A stretch of 61,472 bases of DNA, the filler included, from Choristocarpus tenellus KU-1152 (lineage: Eukaryota > Protista > Phaeophyceae): assembly GCA_964200185.2 (NCBI GenBank). It is 9 parts of 9 records of this genome, joined end to end, with 100 filler letters (N's around TTAATTAATTAA, not from the genome) between each part and the next. Parts side by side here need not be neighbours in the genome. Positions count along the whole stretch, not along the records: positions 45,511 to 61,472 come from CAXNAD020000895.1; 8 more parts are not named here. One strand, 5' to 3'. The notes beneath the pieces were generated by a model that was not told the DNA's origin, ran no database searches, and saw nothing but the letters and a program-made list of their open reading frames with translations. Both the position numbers and the translations under genes were made by a program. Positions 51,561-61,472 of this stretch are shown here, piece after piece. Every line of letters begins with the position of its first letter. Positions within the stretch are counted from its first letter, which is position 1.

Positions 51561-53577
51561 CCCCCAGGCATAGACCACACATCCCTCTCCGCTTTATGTA
51601 CTTCAGTGTTGTGAATCATACTGATTAAACCACAATAACTTGAAACTAAAAAGTGAGGTGTAGACTTCTATCGATTTTTACACAGATACACGCTGCATAC
51701 TCTGCTTGAGGAGGGTGGTGATCCACACACACGTTTTAATTCATGAGGTGGTGTGTAGGTTTTGATTGTCTAGAGCACATCATTTTTTTTAGTCAATTGA
51801 ATTCTACACAAAAATAAATACTTTCGATCCACAAACACTAACAAAAGGTGATCCTGCCCGGTGTACAAAGCCTTGATAAATACCAACCACGACAAAGTCT
51901 GATAGGTATTTTTTTTGTCGCAGAAGAGACTTGAGGCGGTTTGTTATCCACCACTCCCAGTCACTATTTGATGAAAGCCTCCAAATATATAAGGAGAGGA
52001 TCAAGAAGTCGTTCTTCTTCCTCGGGAGGAATTTTTGGCAGACGGGTCATGACCAGAAGATCCCTCACAACCCTTCTTCCATCACCCATACTCCATAACA
52101 GATCCTACCACATGACACAGTGACAACGTGAAGTTGTGACCTGATCTTGTCATTTGGTACTACTTACGGTAGGGAAAAACACAAGTGCTGACAACAGCTC
52201 TTACAAGTATGAACCATTTTTTATCAGATACTCCTCTAAAAAAGTGTAAGCCTTGAATTGTATATTCAAGCATAGTTGGTCCATTTAATCAACAATGAAC
52301 TATTCACCTTGGGTTTCAATCCTCTGCAGTTGTGACAGACAGCAATATGTGCTTGTGTCAGGTTGAGCCATCTTGGGTCACTACTGTATTGTAGCAATGT
52401 TTGCAACCTGGTTTATATTATATATCCTCCATCATAGTTGCAAGCAAAGAAGAAAGGAAATAGTAATAATGGAGAGGCACATCTCATTACCCAACTGTTT
52501 ACTATTATTGTTCAACCTGCAATTACTCTATAATAAATTATATGCCACTTTTACATCCAACTTGCTGCATACTGTCTCCTCCTGTTCAACTATATATACT
52601 CCGGAGCACATATGTTTGCCTAGAGTCATAGCTTAACAAATGGCTGATTTACAACACTGCTTATCTAACATCCCTAGACTGGAACAGCAATGTGTGGTAT
52701 TATTTTTCTGAAAGCAAATATTTCTGAGGAAGACAGAGATTATTTGACACAATCCCCTTGACACAATCCCCTTCTCTAAGATAATCAAATGAAAGGTACC
52801 TTTCACATGCACTCAATAACTAAACAAGAGGAACTCAAGGGTGAGAGTTTATGTACTCTCAACTAACTATATGAGTAGTTACACATTATACCTTTACATG
52901 ACTTTGAAAACATCCCACTGAGTGAACGATGGCCCAGTCACTAACCTCCCCTAAACCCTGGAACTACTTTTTGCTTCCAACAGGAAGAAATAGCTGAAGA
53001 AAAAAAGGAACAAACAGCAAAAGTCACACAGAATCAATTTTCTGACGTGCGAACTTTCCCCTCAAGATAGCACCCATACATACTAGCAGAAGATTTCCAA
53101 CCAGAGGATATCTTGATCAACATACTGGAGAAGTTGGCAGGAAGGAGCAAAATTGTGCCATACTCTTTTTTTTATTATCTCCACCTACCCCGTTTAAGGT
53201 TGGAGGCAATCAAATGGTGGTATACAGTGCAGTTCAATCCCAAATTCAAGGGTTACTCAGTGCTTGAAAAACTACCTGCTCATCCACGTCATGCATCTGA
53301 CACATTTAAGGTCTGGCATTTATGGTATTACCAAAGTGGAAGACAGTTGATTTTATACAGGAGCTGACAATCAAGCTGATACCTACATGCTTTGACCAAC
53401 TATGTCATTTGCAGACTAATAAGAAGTTGAGGAGAGGTCATCAAATGTTGCTGGCCGAAAGACACTGTTGACAGTCATTAACCTCATTGACAAGTCTATA
53501 TCAAGTCTATGTCACCACATTTTCAACATTTCCATGGTGGTGTTTGATAGCAGTGTCCTGTTTTGAGAGTGTTTAAT

Positions 53578-56500
53578 TTAGTCACCAAAGCGAAGGAAAA
53601 TTTTCTTGAGTTGACGAGCCTCGTAGCTCACCGTACAATCCTTTTTGCTTGATGGATGCTTCCCATCAGGGTCGACCTGTGTGACACGTAAGGCAGGGAG
53701 AGAGCAGGAGAGAGGCTCAGCATTAGAGAATGCCAGCATCAGCTGACTGTGCAGCGTGATAAAATGAATTGCAGATAATTATCAGAGTATATTCAAATCG
53801 CCAGCCTATCAGGGTGCGATAGAGGATTGGTTAAGTACTCTACACTGTAGGGTATTAGTAACAAAAATTAAATCATGGTGAGTGTCATATGTTGTACCTG
53901 TGGACCTATCTGTGTCGGGATGCTCTGCCCATGTTGATCAGCAGCATCCAGGAACACTTTGATTTCATAGAGCGATGTATCCTTCAGCATCAACATGTGC
54001 TTTGACATCTGTATTGAGTAGAACAGAAATAATAGCAAGACATGCATCGATCTATTTTTAAAGCAGACTATTTCCAGAGTCATGATCAACGAACAATAAT
54101 ATCACACCAGATAAATTCCTGAGGTTTGACTAGTGGATGTGACAAGTGCATCAGGTTGGTGAGTAGTTGCAGATGATACCCCCTGGCGAAGTCTTCCGAG
54201 TCATTTCTTGAATGGAGAATTGACTTGAATAGAAATTATTTTGGAACGGGACTACTGACCTCTTGCAGCGGGCTACAACTTGAGTCGTGAGTCAAATTAT
54301 AGGGCTATTCTCACAGTTTACATTTTGATCTCATCAGTACTCACTTGCCTGCCCATTTCCAATCTGAAATTACCATGTCCTTGCTAACCTCGACACTGCA
54401 GCCTGTTTTGTGTATCTCCTGCCATTCTTCACCACATGGTCATCCCAAGGAGACTCCTGAGGTTCTTTGCTACTACTCATTACAAGAAAATGAATAACTC
54501 GTTGCCAATATCACTCCTATCTGGACTTGTGCATGCTTTGGTTCGTTAGATGTCTATATACTCTTCCTCTCTACAGTGACAAAAAAATTCTTGCATATGC
54601 TTCATTAAAAGTGATTATGGCAGGTTAATAATAGGGATACAGGCCCACTTGTAGTTCATACCTGCTCTGCTAGGGCCAAAAAACATCTCTTGGCATAGAA
54701 CCAGGTGTCTGTCCCTATTTTTTTTTCGTATGGCTCGAGTGATTTGATTATTCGGCTGATGCCAAATTCAAAATTGCCCTGCAGAAAAGGGATTCATTTG
54801 AGTTAAACCTGGATTGAAACTGGATTACTAAAATTAGAAAACAACATTACCATGTTGGGGTCACATTTTAATATTCCACAGTTCAACAAGTCTGGGAATT
54901 TCACGGCAATAAGCCTACCTTTGCGCAATACAGGGTCCCGATGACAAGGTTCACAATGCAGAGATGAAAACAATGCTTCTCAGGATCTTGATATGCTACC
55001 CTCTCCTCCTCTTTCTCAATCTGCCCGTGGAACAAGCAAAGTAAGCTAGGAAGAGTACCATGGTAGAATGCTTTGTCACGCTCATGCTATTTAGTACCAA
55101 CTAATTCAGACTTCGATCTGGGCACTAAGCGTTCCATTTCGCTATTTTAGAAAGTTGTACAAACAAGGTGTATCACAAGAAATAAAAACAGGGCCAAAAA
55201 CAAAACATTGAAGGGTGAGAGAGATGAAAGAATGGCAGGCATTCAAATCCATAGTTTTTTTTTTCTATTGTTTTTATCCCCAATTACTGCATTGCTATTT
55301 GACTCAAAGGATCATTACCCAACAGGGAGGAACAGGAACATAGGGGGGGACCACTAGAATTGCAAGAAACACAGTGTTCCACCTTGCTCTGTCCACAAAG
55401 AAAAGTGGCCACCTGGGTGATTTTTAAGTAGCTTTGCTTGGCTCCACAATTATTATCATTTAACACAGTTGGGAATTTAAAATGAACATCTTCGTTTTGT
55501 TTTTTTGGGCAGTCACTAGAGGCAAGTTTAAGATTGGATCAAGTGCTTGCCACCCTCTCAAGGGGCCACTTGAAGCTTTGCTGGATACAGGCATCTACAT
55601 GAACAATATATATATGAGAGATATATTGTGTGGGTGTTTCATGGTAAGGTAAGGATCATTGTTTGTTATCTAGAATGTTGGTAGGTTCTTGGTCAAAATT
55701 GAAAATTGAGAAGGCTACCCTATCATTAGGGTAGTCTGCACTCATAAGTAAACTAAAGAAAATCTGGAGAGCCCATATCTTGCCTCTTATCCTGCATTCC
55801 CTAGACAAATCCAGTTCCTCGGCCTAATTCTACACAGATCAGGTATTCTGCAGAACAGTACCCTTGTCCAGTCCTCTGGTGTGGGTTCCATTGTAACACT
55901 ACTATCTGGGACAACAACACTGGTCTATGGGTCGGTTCCACTGACACTTATTATCTTTCCACCATTTAGCTTGCAGGAAACACCATATATAATGAGATTC
56001 AGATCCCAGACCTTGCTTTTGCTCACTCAGTCTAGCCTTGAGAAACAATACAGAGTTTTGTGACCAACTCAGGGATAGACTCCTGTCCTGAGATACTAGG
56101 TTCCAAATCCCAAGTACCATACAAAGAGGATTTGCTGCAACAATCAGTCCTTGCCGGCCCACTAGGCTTACTTTACTCTCTTTATGCCACATGTTTCATA
56201 CCAGGTGGCCCATTAGGGTATAGAATTTGCCTTCAATATTTGAAAGCTGGACTAAGATCATCACATGTGAAGGTCTACATCCCCCCTCCAGATGCACTAG
56301 GTGTACATGTTCTTTGCCTGTCACCATTTGTTCTTTTTTCACCCAGTGTGCAAGTGTAACTAACTACAGGCTTCAACTACAAAGGTTGACAACACAAAAC
56401 AAATAATACCTTTCTCATGAGCTCTTCAGCTTCCTCATTTTGGCTGGTCATTATATGGCTCACACATAGGTTGGCAAGTACAATTGCAGGAACTTCCAGA

Positions 56501-59500
56501 ATATTAGAGGACTGCTTCTCCACAATAGGTTCATAGTAGCGAATAGCTTCCTGTACAATCACAAACAAGTAATATGGGCGCATTCATATCTTACAAAAAT
56601 GAGAGCAGACTCGATCAAAAGTAAAGATAGGTAAATATACTGCAAATTTTGTCTATACAATGATAATCCCATATCCCACTACATTGTGATTCTCACTCCA
56701 CTTCGTACCTTGAAAAACTTTGAGGCCCATCAAGGAAATGAGTTTGATTTTGTTGAATCTAGTTAGAAAAATCAATTCAAATGGTGGGTAGGTTAGGTTA
56801 TTGAAGAGATTGTTTCAACAAGTGGAAGGTTCAAAAGGAAACCTTGAGTACAAAGACATGTGATACATGCTGCTACTGCCTTTAAACCTATAATTGGTCC
56901 AATGTGATGAAGAAGGTGTTTTCTGTGGCATGTTTCCCCTCCACCAAGTTAGGTATGGAAAGCATATATGTGAGGTTTTAAAAATGACAAATTGGTGAAA
57001 ATTAGTCTTCACCTTGAACTTTTCCTCCATGAAAAACACGTGGGCAACATTCAGCTTCCATGTTTCATGCACTGAACAAAACTCTGCAGCCTGTCGGAAG
57101 AGCTTCTCTACCACAGGATAGTTCTCCCTATCCCAGTATATTCGGGCCATAGCCATCACCACTGTGATGTATTGCTCAAGAGCAGCATCATAGAGCTGAG
57201 CATTTATTTACACAAGAGAACAAGTTAACTTGTTTGTGGGAAGTCCAATACAATAGTAGTATATCAGACATTGAAATACAAATTGGTTCCTTGGCTAAAT
57301 ATGACAGAACATATCAAATAGTACGAAGCGAATTCACACCCTGTATCACCCAACTGAACAGTAGAGTCGATTGAAGTAAAATGTTTAAATATGCTGGGCT
57401 AACACATTATACATGAAAATGTAACATTTATCCACACCACAATCTTCATTGGGGGACAGGTCACCATAACTAGAAAAAATTGCAATAATAGTAATAAGTC
57501 ATGCATTTCCACCATGAAGTCAATTATGAGACATGCAAGACCTATAGCACCACTCTGCCAGTCACACAACACAACCTAAAGATGGGCAAAACAGTTAGGA
57601 CCAGAAAGAACAGGTTGGCCCCAACTAGATTAGTACCAAGTGGAGCATGCATCATACAAAGAGAGATCAGATGCAGAGACTGCTGAAGCGTGATGGGACA
57701 AACCTTTGCTGACTAAAGAAAAATGATAATAAATGCTAGAGTCCACAAGAAGCACTCAGTGCATAGTATGCACCCATCATGGCCGACACAACAACTGCAA
57801 ACACTGGCACTATATGTATAGTAAAACCAAAATATCTTTCACGTGATGCTATTTTATTGAGAAAAACAGTGCTTCCTGTTCCTTCAACTGTCATAGTCAA
57901 AAATATTACTTCAATACACTCAGGTGATCAGCTCTTGGGCTCAGGAAGGAGCACTATGCTCAAGCAAAAGTGTGTATCCTCATCACTCCCAGCAATCTAA
58001 TTGTCTGTCTTGAACATCTGGCATGGAATATCTGTCTTTCACACAAAACTCAAATGCACACCTCAAGATGCGCTAGTTGGCATGCTGAACCACCATTGGA
58101 CATATCCATCACCCTGGATGATATATATATCATCTCCTACTGTTGTTTTCTAAGTCTCTCGTAATAACCTAGGATTGTGCTCCTTGTGTATTGTCGCATT
58201 CTTATCATACTTGCCATCAACTTCAGATATACTTCAAACTAACAATATTCTGTAAATAAATTTCTTCCAGGAACTGTACAATTCCACATTCTTGAAACAT
58301 CTTTCGACTGAAGGATTGTTCAATTGTTCCACATCACTTGGTCACAACTTGCTGACTGTTGTATAACTATGGATGAGGATCATTTCAACTAATCTGTATG
58401 GTGGAGACAACCTCCTTCCATACCAATGCCTCAGTTTTACGTTTTATTCTGTTTCAAATTTTTCTGGAAAATTTCAGTCCAGTCCAAAACAACATTACTG
58501 ATCATTCAAATTGAGGTTGAGCCAAATTCATGCATAGGCCAAGCCTAGCCAAGATATCCTGGGAAGTACATCCATTCTACATAACTTCAATCATACCTTA
58601 GTGTGTAAAGGCAAAGTTTAATGATTCCTCCAGATTGGGGTAGTACCTTTTGGCTATCAGCACAAGTTTGACTTACTCTTTTCCCTGCCTCTCTATCCAT
58701 ATTAACATGTATACATATAGCTGTAGCCTCTGTAAGGACTTACCTCTCTACAAGCCAGGTTCTACAAGAGAGGATGGTGATCGATTCAAGTGCTGTCATC
58801 GGATTTTTCTGTAGTTAGACATTATGAAATTCCCTCCTATGACCAGTAGTTATTTTGTGCTGCTTCTGACGATGGTTTAAGAAGATCAAACAAATGCATG
58901 GTTTGTGTTAATATAAAAATAAACCTGTTACAGACAAGTCCATCTTCTACAAAAATATTAAACCGAGAAGTGTAATGCTCACCTCAAGGCTTGTCTTGAT
59001 GCCACTATTATCATGAGCAATTCGGGCATCATGTATTTGCTTTGTGAACTTCCGTAGCTGGTCTATGTGCTTTGAAGTCAGCTCATCATACTGCAAAAAC
59101 AATGATGGGTGGATGCAAAATGCAGGGAAGAGCCAATCTGACAAACTAAGGTGAGATATGTGTGAATCACAAGAGTGGTTCAGGCTGTTCCTTTCTTTAA
59201 TGGTGGATTTTTTCTTAGCATGTTTGCAAGTAACTGAACAGAATTCTGTGTTCAACGTGGCATCTGCTGACACAAGAAGTTATCAAAGGAAAACATAGTA
59301 GTGTGCTCCTTCCAAACTAGTGAAAGTAATCAACACTCTGAGGTGCCAATCACCTCCAAGCATACCAACAACGACCTTCACCTTTCTGTAGGCCTCCTCA
59401 GGACTAGTCTGGACCATGATGGCTGCATCTAGGTATTCATACAGATCTTGACTCAAAATCTTGTACGTCAAGTGACTGGAGCAGAACAAGCATAGTACCA

Positions 59501-61033
59501 AGGGCCAGTCAAGTGGAGGACATGGTTCGAATTTTTTATGTTTCACTGCCAGAGTGACATGACCTCAATATGGGAGCTAAATCAATGGGGCTATCCAGCC
59601 TCCAAGGAGTAATTCAAGGGATGAAATGTGATAGCCGAACCTGTTTTCAGCCAGGATGTCTGCTGCTAGTTCATGGTAGCCATACTTGCAGTGTAGAAGC
59701 AACAAATTGCCAAAGGTCTCTGGAGGAAAGGGAGGACTTGAAAGCAGAAAGTTCAGTTTGCGAAAGCCAGATGTGGGATCTTGTTCCATATGAAGCAGAG
59801 CCTGAGACAACCAGACCCATCAAAAGAGGAACATTTTAGAATGAATTTATTGTCATATATGGAGCCAGTGCAACCTCTGGGACCATAGTGCTCGATGGGT
59901 TTATTCCAATCTCCAGGACAGAAATGCAGGATGCAAGGAAAGCAATACTGCATTATTGTCCCAATGGAGTTGAGGTGCCTACTTCCTGTTCATTATTGGT
60001 TCAGTTTGCAGACACTATTATGAACAAGGGCACAACATATGTGACTACACGTGAGTCTCCTATTGTCCAGGCATGTGTCTTATTTTTGTCAACAGGTCCT
60101 CCCTCTTTCTGCACTGTTCAGCAGTTTGTTGAAAGTAGATCAAACCCAATATTCTTTGGGTGACAATACATGAGGGTCTGATGAGATGCAATTATGAACC
60201 AGTCCCAGTTGAATAGAAACAGTAACAGATGACATATGGTGCCCTTGACCCCAATCATGGAGGAAATTGGAGGTGTACCACCTTGCATTTGAGTTATGTG
60301 TTCAAAAGTGCTCTAAGATGGAATATACCCTTCAGAGCATGTCACCAGCCCCATCCAAGCTCCTTCATGGTTGATATTGAATGTTTCACCAATATTCTTG
60401 TGGGCATACAAAAAAGCTGTAGACTCTTTTTTGATCAGACTCTCTTTGACATATGCAACCCTCACGAGGTCAATCAAATTTACAACTTTCCATAATCCAC
60501 AACCACCTCTAGCAATAGGCTGGCAGGATGTGAGAGATTCCAGTAGTGCGATCCAGCAAAGTTTCTCCATTGTGATGAATCTGGAGTGCATGGCACAGGG
60601 GTACAACCAGTACTTTTTTCTGTGATTTCTGGGTAATGTTGGCACTAGGTTGTGCTCTAACCCCATTCTATCTTGTTTGCAAACACAATACAACCACTAA
60701 TGTCAGGGTAAAGAACTCTAAGTAGTGAAGGAGATTTTTGACAATTTCAATTATACACCTGCTTTGAATAATCTCTTCACAAAACCCTTTGATCTGCCAC
60801 AACATACGAAATCCTGGGAAGGGAAGCTGCAAGATGCTGTAACTGAGCAAATGTGGGCCCTGATACCATTTCATCATGTCATGCAGGGGCACCTGGTTGT
60901 GCAATGTAACTGGGTCCAGTTCTTGCTCACTGCGTGGTGGCATGTCACTCAATGCTTCCCTGGCCAAGTCCATCTTCTTCCTGCTGTGCTCAATGGCAGC
61001 CCTGAGGTTGAATGCCTCCACCAAACAGGTTTC
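53578..61033 (-). CDS. IFT70: Intraflagellar transport protein 70 (TTC30/fleer/DYF-1), 5'-partial, 10 exons
   Basis: Exons 61033-60893, 59801-59641, 59475-59382, 59090-58983, 57195-57013, 56550-56410, 55020-54919, 54778-54662, 54008-53898 and 53676-53578 (TAA) all join in phase. Motifs: EAFNLRAAIE, ALSDMPPRSEQELDPVTLHNQAL, PFPPETFGNLLLLHCKY, WKLNVAHV, AIVLANLCVSHIMTSQNEEAEELMRKIEKEEE, HLCIVNLVIGTLYCAKGNFEFGISRIIKSLEPY, TVSYEARQLK. Confidence 0.96.
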
Positions 61034-61472
61034 CTGACAAGTGGAGTTATGTTGTATCTTCCTTATATACATGCAGTTTAAACTATTGGCTTAATATTTG
61101 ACTAGTTTGCAGATTGAAAGATGATACAGAGAGGCGGTACCAGCACATATGTTTAGAGTAGGGACCCAAAGTGTGCATGTGTCTTCTAGGTTGGGCTCCC
61201 CAATTATGGACCCCCCAAATGTTTAGATCATCAGTTGCAAGACAAGTGATCGAAAAAAATATATATGGGAACAGGATTGTCCATCTCTACAAGGATTTTT
61301 TTTATCACATTCGTTGGGACGGATACAGTAGATCATTGCACATGCCAAATACAAATCATGTGAAAACAGAAAGGGTATCATATCACAACACAGAGGGTGG
61401 ATCAACTCTGTTCTTAACGATTTGGGCCTCCCCACACTAATCTGGTATCAAATCATCCTAATGGTGGATCTG

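Noticed and set aside
29288-61033. Apparent cluster of ciliary genes (DAW1, IFT70, possible ASH-domain gene)
   Set aside because: They lie on different contigs separated by artificial linkers, so there is no evidence of linkage.
551-61440. Most short ORFs in the supplied six-frame track
   Set aside because: They are antisense or alternative frames of exons and transposons, or low-complexity intron sequence. A prokaryote-style ORF track does not describe spliced genes.

Overview
This is eukaryotic, intron-rich DNA, not a prokaryotic locus. The GT-AG introns, flagellar genes, P-class PPR gene and TTAGGG-type repeats fit a flagellated stramenopile, probably a brown alga or relative (inference). 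The window is nine contigs joined by eight artificial 100-bp linkers (N44-TTAATTAATTAA-N44), so adjacency across linkers is not evidence of linkage. Reconstructed spliced, mostly partial genes: a PPR protein; a divergent pair made of an unknown Ig/ASH-like protein and an AMSH/USP8-type N-terminal-domain protein; the last exon of a PuuE-type allantoinase; DAW1/ODA16; an Mx-like dynamin; a multi-pass membrane protein; and IFT70/TTC30. Mobile DNA includes a DD39D mariner remnant, two tail-to-tail Gypsy fragments, a tandem and internally deleted Copia element with an extra inverted LTR, and a ~260-bp MITE family with GAG...CTC ends and 4-bp target-site duplications. The most unusual structure is a ~1.6-kb inverted duplication (26852-28433) upstream of the last puuE exon. 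Each arm carries a GC-rich, outward-reading ParB/Srx-like ORF. All protein calls rest on motif recognition by eye; no searches were run.
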